DNA of 64,000 nucleotides, taken from contig OZ024742.1 of NCBI GenBank assembly GCA_964016885.1, positions 206,150,001 through 206,214,000 of the forward strand, in the 5' to 3' direction. The stretch is from Eledone cirrhosa (lineage: Eukaryota). Of this stretch, positions 51,528 to 64,000 are shown one piece after another. The translations under genes were made by a program, and so were the position numbers. A model generated the notes under the pieces. That model saw only the letters and a list, made by a program, of their open reading frames with translations, was not told the DNA's origin and searched no databases. Position 1 is the first letter of the stretch; every line of letters starts with the position of its first letter.

Positions 51528-52814
51528 AATTAAAATAATAATAGACATTAAGCTAATGCTGTCTTTTTTTAAACTTACTCTATAAGTACTTTTAATTAGT
51601 AAATTGATATCATAAGTACTTCTAATTAGGTTTTAATGTGTACTACATTAAATATATTAACATGAACTTAACTATTAAAATAGTAGCTTGGTTTAAATGC
51701 TGCTAATTGCTTGATGATTTCAACAACTGGTATTTTTACATACAGACTTTCATATTTACAAGATAAATTAAATTTATATCATTTAATGGCAATAAATAGA
51801 ATTTAGAAAAAAATGTCAATCATCAATTTTATTTAAGAATATATAATTGGCAAGATATCTTGTTACTGACAGGTGTTATTTCTATCTATGAAATTATATT
51901 CTTTATTTTATTCTTGGTATTGAATGGTTTAAGAACTATAATTGTAGAACTCTGTTAACTAAATAAAATGATTGTAATATGTTCAGAGCTATTTTATAAT
52001 TTAATAACTATATCTACTTGTACTGTGCAGATATGTAAGCCTAATTGGTGAAGAATGTAACTGATTGAAATATAAGGTAACTTATCTGTTTGCTGTATAT
52101 AACAATTTTATTTTAAAAAAAAAGCAATACTTAGTTTCTCATAATTAATTCCATTGTGTGGTTCATCAGGTAAGTGTAATCTACCACTATTTGAGATTAT
52201 CCTGTGTTATAAGTGATATATGGTAGATGGAAATAGTGTAGATAGATAGATAGATAGAGAGAGTGCAAAATAATATTTGTTCTCTGGTATAGCTACAACA
52301 TGTTGCTAAGAAACAAGCTGGATACCTTCCAAGATGGTTAAAGCACACATGATGAATATCAAATCCATCAACTTATTCCCATTAAACAATTGTTGTTGGG
52401 GGAATTTATGCATCATTAGACTTGCTGAGTTTGTGAAATGGAGGATCCATAACACCAACATGAAACAAATTAATGTAGCATTTTGGTATGCTTCAACAGT
52501 AATGAGAACAACACACATACTTACTGTGACTTTCTTCCAAAAATCCAAGGATGGCATATCATTACACACATATCACCATTGTCAAAGAAAGCTGCAGTAC
52601 TGTCGATGTCACATCCATAACACAGAAGAATAACGATGTATAATCTGAAACTGTTTTCCACATGCAGCAGACAAAGGTTTGATAAACCACCATGCTAAAC
52701 TCAGTATTCATATAGTCTATCTGTCACCAATGTTCAGCTTGACACTTCATTTTTATGGCTGTACTTTGGTTATTATTGTGTAATAATAATTTTTATAAAT
52801 TATCATATATTGGT

Positions 52815-53245
52815 ACCACAAAACACCCAGCCCACACTGTAAGATGGTCATGTACCCGTCACAACAAAAAGCACCCAGTCTACACTGTAAAGTGGTTGTA
52901 TAGGAGTCACGACATAAAGCACCCAGCCCACACTGTAAAGTGGTCATGTAGGAGACACAGCAAAACGCACCCAGCCTACACTCTAAAGTGATCGTGTAGG
53001 AGACACAGCAAAAGCACCCATCCCACACTGTAAGTTGGTCATGTAGGAGACACGGAAAAAAGCACCCAGCACACACTGTAAATGTGGTTGGTGTTAGGAA
53101 GGGCATCCAGCTGTAGAAAACCAGCTGGAAACAGTCCTATACAAGTGAGACACCTGACCCAACTTGCCTCAAATGAGACAAACTCATCTAACCCATGCTA
53201 GCGTGGAAGATAGATGTTAAATGATGATCATGATCATGATGATCA
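52815..53245 (+). mobile_element. RTE-tailed SINE with internal ~47-49-bp tandem expansion (about six copies)
   Basis: gcacccagcccacactgtaaagtggtcatgtagg repeated, followed by core and tail. Confidence 0.8.
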
Positions 53246-53292
53246 TTATCATAATGTCAGTGACATATTATGGGAAGTAAAGTAGAGTAAGG

Positions 53293-53357
53293 TAAAAGTG
53301 AACATTATTTTATAAAAGTGAACATTATTTTATAAAAGTGAACATTATTTTATAAAA
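53293..53357. repeat. 20-bp tandem repeat x3
   Basis: taaaagtgaacattatttta. Confidence 0.9.
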
Positions 53358-53860
53358 TAAGTGGTATATATTTAAGTGATAATTATATACATTGAAAATG
53401 CTATAACATGCAAAGAAACAAAAAGAAATCTGTATATGGTCATCTGACCTGCGAAAAACAGCAACCAAATCTTCAAATCAAACCCTACAATCTAAAAGAA
53501 AAGATAGAATATACTCCTTAATATTAAAAAAAGATGGTATAGTCATTTTGAATATCCTTTGATCATAAGTGTACTTGATTATGGCTGACCTGGGGCTAAA
53601 CTGTTCAATGTTTGTCCATATTGGTATGAATTGGATGGGTTTCATCATAATACAAATCCCAATGTAATATCTATATAAAAGTTTGATAACTGCTTAATAT
53701 CAACAATCCTGAAACACTAGTGTTTGGGTACTCACATGGATACTGAGGTAGCTGTGACATGATGTCAGCTTAAAAGACCCTTAGTAAAACTTATATATGT
53801 TTATTATACATAAATGTGTTGTATATATGTTTTCATTTATACCTCTATTATTAACTTACA

Positions 53861-54045
53861 GGGTGGTGGATTGGCAGTATTGGTAGAGGGTCGGACGCCA
53901 TGCTTTCCAGCATAGTTACGTCCCTTTAGGATCTGAGTTCAAATCCCGCCGAGGTTGACTTTGCCTTTCATCCTTACGGGGTCGATAAAATAAAGTACCA
54001 GTAATGCACTGGGTAATTGCTGGCCTTGTGCCTAAAGTAGAAACA
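53861..54045 (+). mobile_element. Deu/Nin-type SINE, full length, with 14-bp TSD attattaa(c/t)ttaca
   Basis: TSD at 53847-53860 / 54046-54059. Confidence 0.9.
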
Positions 54046-54699
54046 ATTATTAATTTACAATATATACCAATATCATATCAGATCAAATAATCTGTGACAG
54101 ATGAATGTATAAACCAGTGTTACCCATTTCTCAATCAGGTTTTCAGTGACTAAATTGGCAACACAACTCTTCCTGGTGGATAGACATCTGAAAGACAAAA
54201 AATCTTCTATGCAAGCATGGGTTAGACGGGTTTGTCCCAATTAGAAGCAAGTTCGGTTGGGTGACAATGTTTCACTCATATAGGAGAGTTTCTGGCTGGT
54301 TTTCTATGGCTGGATGCTCTTCTTAAGGCCAACCTTACAGACAGTGTGTGCTGGGTGCTTTTTGCTGTGTCTTTTACATGTCCACTTTATAGTGTGGCCT
54401 GGGTGTTTTGGGGCTAGGTTTCTACGGCTGGATGCCCTTCCTAACGCCAACCACATTAACAGTATATCCTGGGTACTTTTGGTTGTGACACCTACTACAT
54501 ATATATATATATATGTTGCTCCACTCCACTCAGTTGGCAAAAATGAGTTGTACCTGTAATTTAAAGCGCCAGATTTGTCACATATTTGTGTCATGCTGAA
54601 TCCCCCGAGAACTATGTTAAGAGTACACATGTCTTGGAATGCTCAGCCACTTACATGTTAATTTCATGAGCAGCGTGTTCTGTTTTTGAATGGAAGTCC

Positions 54700-57600
54700 T
54701 ACACACACTACACACACACATACACAAACATGCACACACATATACCAACATGGACATACACTAAACATACACATGCACACACCCATTGCACACAAACACA
54801 CAACACACATACAACTCACATACATACACACTACACACATAAATGTACAGAACACACTACACACACATACATACATTAGCACAAGACACACTACACACAC
54901 ACGCATAGACAACTTACATGAGACTCACACTACACATACACAACACACACAACACACACACTACCTACACAACACACACTACCTACACAACACACACACT
55001 ACTTACGCAACACACACTACATACACAACACACACACTACCTACAGCAAACACACACTACCTACACAACACACACACTAACTACACAGGACACACACTAC
55101 CTACACAACATACACTACCCACACAACACACACTACATACACAACACACACACACTACCTACACAGGACACACACTATCTACACAGGACACACACACTAC
55201 CTACACAACACACACTACCTACACAAGACACACACTACATACACAAGACACACACACTACCTACGCAACACACAGTACCTACAGAACACACACACTACCA
55301 AAACAACACACACACTACCTACAAAATACACACACTACCTACACAACACACACTACCTACACAACACACACACACACTACGTACACAAGACACACACTAA
55401 ATACACAGGACACACACTACCTACACAACACACACTACCTCCACAGGACACACATTACCTACACAATACACATACTACCTACACAAAACACACACACTAC
55501 CTACACAACACACACACTACCTACACAAGACACACCCTACCTACACAACACACACTATCTACATAACACACACGACCTACACAACACACACACTACTTAC
55601 ACAACACACACACTACCTACACAACACACACTACCTACACAAGACACACAATGCCTCCCCAACACACACACTACACAACACAACACACACACTACCTCCA
55701 CAACACACACTACCTACACAAACACACTACTTAACAACACACACACTACCTACAGAGGACACACCCTACCTACACAACACACACACTACCTACAGAACAC
55801 ACACTACCTACACAAGACACACACTACCTATACATCACACACACTATCTACACAAGACACACACTACCTACACAACATGCACGCTACTTACACAACACAC
55901 ACACTACGTACATAACACCCACACTACCTACACAAAACACACACTACCTACACAAGACACACACTACATACACAACACACACACTACCTACACAACACAC
56001 ACTACCTACACAAGACACATGCTACCTACACAAGACACTCACTACCCACACAAGACACACACTACCTACACAACACACACACTACCTACACAACACGCAC
56101 ACTAACTATACAACACACACACTAACTATACATCACACACACTATCTACACAAGATACACACTACCTACACAACACACACACTACCTACAGAGGACACAC
56201 CCTACCTACACAACACACACACTACCTACAGAACACACACTACCTACACAAGACACACACTACCTATACATCACACACACTATCTACACAAGACACACAC
56301 TACCTACACAACATGCACGCTACTTACACAACACACACACTACGTACATAACACCCACACTACCTACACAAAACACACACTACCTACACAAGACACACAC
56401 TACATACACAACACACACACTACCTACACAACACACACTACCTACACAAGACACACGCTACCTACACAAGACACTCACTACCCACACAAGACACACACTA
56501 CCTACACAACACACACACTGCCTACACAACACACACTCTACCTACACAACATGCACACTAGCTACACAACGCACACTACCTACACAACACACACACTACC
56601 TACACAACACACACACTGCCTACACAAAACATAGTACGTACACAACACACACACTACCTACACAGGACACACACTACCTACACAACACACACACTACCTA
56701 CACAAGACACACACTACCTACACAACACACACTACCTACACAACACCTACTACCTACACAACACACGCACTACCTTCACAACACACAGTACCTACTCAAC
56801 ACACATACTACCAACACAAGTCACACACTATCTACACAAAACATACACTGCCTACACAACACACACACTACCTACACAACACACACACTATCTACACATC
56901 ACATAGTACCTACACAACACACAAACTACCTACACAAAACACACACTACCTACACAACACACATTCCTACACAAAACACACACTACCTACACAATACGCA
57001 CACTACCTACACAAAACATAGTACGTACACAACACACACACTACCTACACAAAACACACACTAACTACACAACACACTCTACATACACAAGACACACTAC
57101 CTACACAACACACACTACCTACAAAATACACACTACCTACACAACGCACACACTGCCTACAAAACACACACACTACCTACACAACACACACACTACGTAC
57201 ACAACACACACACTACCTACACAACATACACTACCTACACAACACACACACTACCTAGACAAGACACACACTACCTACACAGGACATACACTACCTACAC
57301 AACACACAGTACCTACACAACACCTACTACCTACACAACACACACAATACCTACCCAACACACACACTACCTACACAACACACAGTACCTACACAACACA
57401 CACAATACCTACCCAACACACACACTAACCACACAGGACACACACTACCTACACAACACACACTACCTCCACAGGAAACACACTACCTACACAATACACA
57501 CACTACCTACACAAAACATACACACTACCTACACAGGACACACACTACCTACACAAGACACACACACTACCTACACAACACACACACACTACCTACACAA

Positions 57601-58562
57601 CACACACTCTACCAACACAACAGACACTACCTACACAACACAAACTCCCTATGCAAGACACACAGTACCTACACAACACAAACACTACCTACACAACACA
57701 CACAACCTACACAACACACAATACCTACACAAGACACACACTACCTACACAACACACACTACCTACACAACACACACACACTACCTACACAACACACACA
57801 CACTACCTACACAACACACACACTACCTACACAACACAGACACTACCTACACAACATACACACTACCTACACAACAAACATACTACCTACACAACACAAT
57901 ACTTACACAAGACACACACACTACCTACACAACACACACACACTACCTACACAACACACACACTACCTACACAAGACACACACTACCTACACAACACACA
58001 CTATCTACACAACACACAGCCTACCTACACAACACGCACACTACCTACACAACACACACACTACCTACACAACACACACTATCTACACAACACACACACT
58101 ACCTACACAACACACACTATCTACACAACACACACGACCTACACAACACACACACTACCTACACAACACACACACTATCTACACAACACACACACTACCT
58201 ACACAACACACACACTACATTCACAACACACACACTACCTACACAACACACACACTACCTACACAACACACACTACCTACACATCACACACACTATCTAC
58301 ACAACACACACTATCTACACAACACACACACTACTTACACAACACACACTATCTACACAACACACACACTACTTACACAACACACACTACCTACACAACA
58401 CATACTACCTACACAACACACACACTACCTACACATCACACACACTACCTACACAACACACACTATCTACACACCACACACACTACCTACACAACACACA
58501 CACTACCTACACAACACACACACTACCTACACAACACACACACTACCTACCCACACAACACA
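54700..58562. repeat. CA-rich minisatellite, unit CTACCTACACAA(CA)3-5 (~18-22 bp)
   Basis: Direct observation; ~3.9 kb, G-poor on the plus strand. Confidence 0.95.
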
Positions 58563-58608
58563 TGTAGCATTTTCGGTCCTAACCATTGACTTCATTTCAG
58601 TATTATTA

Positions 58609-58960
58609 TTGGCAGTATCGGTAGAGGGTCGGGCGCCATGCTTAGATGCATAGAGTTTCGGCCCTTGCCATTCTGAGTCACTTTGCCTTTCATCCTTACG
58701 GGGTCGATAAAATAAAGTATCAGTAATACACTGGGTAATTGCTGGCCTTGTGCCAAATGTAGAAACAATTATTGGCAGTATCTGTAGAGGGCCGGACGTC
58801 ATGCTCTGCAGCAAAGAGTTACGGCCCTTTATGGTCTGAGTTCAAATCCCGCCAAGGTTAACTTTGCCTTTCATCCTTACGGGGTCGATAAAATAAAGTA
58901 CCAGTAATGTACTGGGTATTTGCTGGCCTTGTGTCAAAAGTAGAAAAAATTATTATTATT
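58609..58960 (+). mobile_element. Two tandem Deu/Nin-type SINEs
   Basis: Consensus matches, with tattatt at the junctions. Confidence 0.85.
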
Positions 58961-59251
58961 ATCATTTATATATATATGTGTGTGTGTGTGTGTATGTGTA
59001 GCAATATCCGTATGTGTGAAAAGAAAACAGGAAACTATGCCCATTCGAGAAAAAGCAGAAATATTATATTATTTTTTTATGTTCATACACTGCACAAAGG
59101 CTCTACTCAAGGTGTCAAGACTCAAATTTGATCATACCTCCAGAAAACCAGAGGCATCAAAATAGTGACCTTTCTACAGTCGCTTTTATTTCTATGTATT
59201 AGTGCCTGAAAAACTTCACCAGATTTTTGATGAACCAACTTTCTTCAACTG

Positions 59252-59340
<89 letters not shown>

Positions 59341-59346
<6 letters not shown>

Positions 59347-60034
59347 TTGGTGCTCTGAAATAGCGATACATACATGAATGTATGTATAGTATATTTGGCA
59401 ATACACCGTATGTTTAATTAAAAACATTTTGAAGACCATACGCTATCGGTTTAAAGTAGTGACTATGTCACTTACTTCATTTTGGCGAAAGAAGGGAGTG
59501 AAGCAAACAGTCTGTTTCACGCTGTTTGGCGATCATCAGAGCCATGTACTCCCTCTCCCGCCGAAAATTATAGAAGCTGGATTCTTATAGAATTCCAGTA
59601 ATAATCAGGAGCCGAAAAGAAGTAAGTGATATAGTCACTACTTTAATACCGATAGCGTATGTTCTTCAAAAGGTTTTTAATTACACATACGGTATATTGC
59701 CAAATATACTATACATACATTCATGTATACATCGCTATTTCAGAGCACCAATCCTAATACCTAATTTTTGCTGGACCGGCAATCGCTCTGTATAATCAGC
59801 TCCTGATTATTAACGGAATTCTATAAGAATCAAGCTTGGAGAATTTTCGGCGGAAGAGGGTGTGTGTGGCTCTGATGATCGCCAAACAGCGTGAACCAGA
59901 CTGTTAGCTTCTCTCCCTTCTTTCGCCGAAAAGAAGTAAATGACATAGTCTACTTTAAACCGATAGTGTATGGTCTTAAAAAATGTTTTAAATTAAACAT
60001 ACGGTATATTGCCAAATATACTATACATACATTC

Positions 60035-60036
<2 letters not shown>
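59341..60036. mobile_element. Candidate non-LTR retrozyme locus A: ~314-bp hammerhead unit; partial minus copy, inversion at ~59612, then ~1.35 plus copies; in (TA)n
   Basis: gccgaaaagaagtaa recurs at 59611 and 59925; hammerheads at 59503-59542 (-) and 59869-59908 (+). Confidence 0.8.
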
Positions 60037-60068
<32 letters not shown>

Positions 60069-60110
60069 TAAGTCATGTCCCTAGAATTATTAGATAAAAT
60101 ATATATATAT

Positions 60111-60461
60111 ACAGAAATATCCACGGTTAGTTGTGGGGTCTAGTCCGCATGAAGAACTCAATGTAATCCATATGTTGAAAATGTTGTAGGTTAAAATAAA
60201 TCCCGGAAAACAATAAAATATCAAAAGAAAAACAGAGTCATGATATAAGTTAAAACAATGAAATAAAAAATCAAGTCATTAGAAATATAATTCCCTGCTT
60301 TACGATCGTTTCTAGGTGATAATAGTACATCGTACGCATATTTCGTTATCGATCTATGTATGGTTAGTTACAAAATATCAGATAAGGAATATATTTACCT
60401 ACATGTATATCATCAGCCGTTCTAATGACTTGATTTTTTATTTCATTGTTTTAACTTATAT
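60111..60461 (-). mobile_element. Penelope-like terminal fragment with 42-bp inverted end (60243-60284 / 60420-60461) and long-helix-II hammerhead remnant (60301-60416)
   Basis: Minus: CTGATGA...TAGGT(...)ACCTA-GAAA-CGATCG-TA; TTGAGTTCT motif downstream; TA flanks. Confidence 0.55.
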
Positions 60462-61980
60462 ATATATATATAAGTTAAAAAAATGAAATAATATATATAT
60501 ATATAAACTAAGGTCAGAATCAGTTCTGTATGAGCAAGACATGATCACCTGACCTAGCATTGCCCACAACAGGACAACTCGTCTAACCCAGTCTGGTGTG
60601 GAAGAATGGAAGTAAAACGGTGATGATGATGATGATGATATATATATATTCAATTTTCTCAATTTCAATCTAGCTAGCACTATTCAGAGTATTATATACT
60701 TTCTACTAGTAAAATATAGGCAAAGTTTGGACTGAAGGTAAAATGAATTTTTGCTTTCAGTTAATAAGTAATGAAGTAGATTTGCAAGACTAGTTAACCA
60801 ATAGCAACAGAAAACATTACATATCTTAAATCTAAAATGTATTTCATGAGTCATGTGTGTGAATAGTTAAAATGGAAGGTAATGTATGGAATATATATTT
60901 TTTCTTCTCTTATTTAGATGAATATCATCAGAGGAATACATTAAAGTGCACAATAGGGATTTTACTTGTCTTGAAAAGGGACAACAGAAACTTACTTGTT
61001 GTAACCTGCTGTTTGTTGCTGCCTGCTGTTAAAAGACTTTATGAATTCTTAAAAAATGAAGTTGCACCTGCATAAATAGAGTTTTTTTTCACATGTAATG
61101 TATTGGAGTTATGTTAAAGGAATGTGTAAACAAGAGCATGATTTTGTCACATGGAATATTAATGAAAACAGCAAGAAAAAATATGCTGAAACTTGAAACA
61201 AAACTAGTATCATCAAAGTTGTATGTTGTTTACCTGTTTTTACTGACAAAACAGGATCTGGGGTTAGAGAGGGTAGAGGAGGAAAAAGAATGATTTAGAA
61301 AAGGAAAGTAAAGGATAAAGGTTAGTGAGAAATAGAATGATAGAGTGAGAAAATGTAAGAAGGTCAAAACTAAGTAAGATGAATGTTGAATATAGACATG
61401 ATGTTGAAGGTGGAGAAAAATAAAATACAACAGCTGCTATCATGAATATGCAATTGGCAAAGAATGATCTTATTTCTGTATAAAAGAACAATGGTTTGGT
61501 CAACTTTGAAGTAAGTTGTAGCAATGAATAGACTGTGATATTTCGTGTTTTACTAGAATATTCAAATACAAAATTAGCGACATTTCAAGTGGACTTAAAA
61601 ATGTTAAAATTAAAGAATGCAGCATGCTTTCTCAACGAGGTTTCATTTTCTGTTTTGCTCAGCTTTCGTGAATGTTTTAGAAATTATTCATTTTTCTTTT
61701 AATATTTTCTTTAAATGTGACATTAAGCTAAGAGGCCCTAACTAAAAATGAAAGCTGATACCAAACATGTAAAGCTTCCTTTTCCTGTCCTTTTAAGTTC
61801 TAATTAGACTCTTTGGTAAAACACTTTTGGAAATCTGTTTATTGAACAGTTCAAATTTCTGTTTGTCATTTGATACAGCTTTTTACCATAATGGTCAAAT
61901 AAAAAGACTGAGGTCTTATTTTATTTTGTTATATACCTTTTAATTATATCTATCAACTATATATATATATATATATATAT

Positions 61981-62987
61981 GAATATATGTATAGTATATT
62001 TGGCAATATACTGTATACTTAATTAAAAAACATTTTGAAGACCTTACGCTATTATTTTAAAGTAGTGACTATGTCACTTACTTCTTTTTTCAACAAACAA
62101 AGGGAGATAAGCTGACAGATCTGTTTCACACTGTTGCTGATCATCAGAGCTTAGCACTCACCAACTTTTGTTGAAAATTATAGAGGCTGGATTCTTATAG
62201 AATTCCAGTAATAATCAGGAACTGATTATACAGACCGATTGCCGGTCCAGCAAAAATTGAAAATTAGGATTGGTGCTCTGAAATAGCGATGTATACATGA
62301 ATATATGCATAGTATATTTGGCAATATACTGTATGCTTAATTAAAAACATTTTGAAGACCTTGCGCTATTATTTTAAAGTAGTGACTATGTCACTTACTT
62401 CTTTTTTCAACAAACGAAGGGAGATAAGCAGACAGATCTGTTTCACACTGTTGGTGATCATCAGAACTTAGCACACGCTGACCTTTGTTGAAAATTATAG
62501 AGGCTGGATTCTTATAGAATTCCAGTAATAATCAGGAACTGATTATACAGAGCGATTGCCGGTCCAACGCAAGGTCTTCAAAATGTTTTTAATTAAGCAT
62601 ACAGTATATTGCCAAATATACTATACATATATTCATGTATACATCGCTATTTCAGAGCACCAATCTTAATTTTCAATTTTTGCTGGACCAGCAATCGGTC
62701 TGTATAATCAGTTCCTGATTATTACTGGAATTCTATCTGAATCCAGCCTCTATAATTTTCAACAAAGGTCGGCGAGTGCTAAGCTCTGATGATCAGCAAC
62801 AGTGTGAAACAGATCTGTCAGCTTATCTCCCTTTGTTTGTTGAAAAAAGAAGTAAGTGACAGAGTCACTACTTTAAAATAATAGCGCAAGGTCTTCAACA
62901 TTTTTTTAATTAAGCATACAGTATATTGCCAAATATACTATACATATATTCATGTATACATCGCTATTTCAGAGCACCAATCCTAAT
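61981..62987. mobile_element. Candidate non-LTR retrozyme locus B: 317-318-bp unit; ~1.85 minus copies, inversion at ~62567, ~1.3 plus copies; in (TA)n
   Basis: Unit starts at 61981/62299 (minus block) and 62568/62885 (plus block); hammerheads at 62108-62153 (-), 62425-62470 (-) and 62780-62825 (+). Confidence 0.85.
62756..62846 (+). ncRNA. Type I hammerhead ribozyme with extended helix I, GUC site (cleavage predicted 3' of 62819)
   Basis: TTTTCAACAAA..TAAGCT-CTGATGA-tCA(gcaacag)TGt-GAAA-CAG(at)CTG-TC-AGCTTA..TTTGTTGAAAA. Confidence 0.85.
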
Positions 62988-63020
62988 ATATATATATATG
63001 TGTGTGATTCATAAGATGTC

Positions 63021-63400
63021 TTCTACAGGACTAGAACTGTTTCATTTGTAGGAAATCATCAGGACATACCTGATGATTTCATATGAATGAGACAGTTCTG
63101 GTCCTGTAGAATCCATTTCTATATTAAATAATTGTTTCTACTTTAGGCACAAGGCCAGCAATTACCCAGTACATTACTGGTACTTTATTTTATCGACCCC
63201 GTAAGGATGAAAGGCAAAGTTAACCTCGGCGGGATTTGAACTCAAACCGTAAAGGGACATAACTATGCTAGAAAGCATGGCGTCTAACCCTCTACCGATA
63301 CTGCCAATTCACCGCCCTCTATATTAAATAATGATGTCTATACTCTACTAATGCATTGAGTACCTTTTTAACTGTGGTTGCCCTTGATTTAACTTGGGAT
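63021..63400. mobile_element. Fold-back Penelope-like end (palindrome 63021-63111 with CTGATGA...GAAACAG remnants; tail with TTGAGTAC), interrupted by a SINE
   Basis: 43-bp arms around acata; tail resumes after the SINE TSD. Confidence 0.6.
63133..63317 (-). mobile_element. Deu/Nin-type SINE with 15-bp TSD tctatattaaataat
   Basis: TSD at 63118-63132 / 63318-63332. Confidence 0.9.
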
Positions 63401-63678
63401 CTATACACATACACACATATATATCTATTTATATGTATATATATAAACACATTTGTGTGATGTTATCAGGCATCATCATCATCATCATCATCATCATTAT
63501 CGATTAAGGTCTATCTTCCATGCTAACATGGGTTAGACGGGTTTGTCCTTTTTATAGGCAAGTTAGGTCGGGTGACCATGTCTTGCTCATATAGGAGTGT
63601 TATTGCCTGGCATGAGAATGTATACTCAATATTGAAGTAGAGTTAAATGATATTCTTTATTATGGCTAAGTGACGAGT

Positions 63679-63727
63679 CTTGTTACTCTGGAGTTTCCCC
63701 TGTGTACTCACAGGATCATCAGACAAG
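63679..63727 (-). ncRNA. Type I hammerhead ribozyme, GUA site, within palindrome 63671-63778 (damaged mirror copy 63729-63770)
   Basis: Minus: CTTGT-CTGATGA-TCCTGTG(agta)CACAGGG-GAAA-CTC(ca)GAG-TA-ACAAG. Confidence 0.85.
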
Positions 63728-64000
63728 TCTTGTCAGATGACCCTATGAAGTGAAACTCTAGAGTAACAAGACTCATCATGTTCATTGTCATTTTAACGTC
63801 TGCTTTCCCTGTTAGCAAGGGCTGGATGGGTAGACATAGACCAAGTCAATACTGAAATGGAGCCACTGTTCGCCCAGGCAGGGAACTCTGTCTCACTTAT
63901 GTATGGTCAACACTCCACCTAGTGCACAGGAGAGGTTGTCATGTCTTTGAAACAATTGAGGATTCTCCCAACATTTTGTTTTATAAGATTTCTATGGCTG

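Noticed and set aside
53861-53950. tRNA gene
   Set aside because: It is the tRNA-derived head of a SINE, with body, tail and TSD; no complete cloverleaf.
54686-58589. 409-aa and 312-aa His/Thr-rich ORFs
   Set aside because: They are translations of the G-poor minisatellite, which rarely forms stop codons; several frames are open at once.
61981-62987. CRISPR-like or DNA-transposon (TIR) reading of the repeats
   Set aside because: Eukaryotic context, no unique spacers, no fixed TIRs; a tandem hammerhead unit explains the structure.

Overview
Eukaryotic, AT-rich, repeat-saturated DNA. The SINE and LINE families suggest an octopod cephalopod (inference). No host gene can be called confidently. 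(1) 7.2-36.0 kb is a ~29-kb stack built inside one (AAT)n microsatellite. It holds four full-length Tx1-clade LINEs (all minus), four R4/Dong-type restriction-like-endonuclease LINE 3' fragments (all plus) and Deu/Nin-type SINEs (all minus), separated by (AAT)n. The Tx1 copies are mosaics: two share a nonsense codon and one carries a swapped ORF1. The SINE and Tx1 3' ends share a CUUGU-loop hairpin and an ATTATT target. (2) The flanks contain about 18 type I hammerhead-ribozyme motifs from at least 9 unrelated sequence families, mostly in fold-back insertions in (TA)n, typical of Penelope-like element ends. Two loci (59.3-60.0 kb, 62.0-63.0 kb) are ~315-bp tandem/inverted hammerhead repeats with covarying stems, i.e. 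a candidate non-LTR retrozyme/circRNA family. (3) The rest is decayed RTE LINEs, CORE-type SINEs with RTE tails, a piggyBac-type MITE, a 3.9-kb CA-rich minisatellite and two weak exon candidates. All pairings and coordinates were read by eye.
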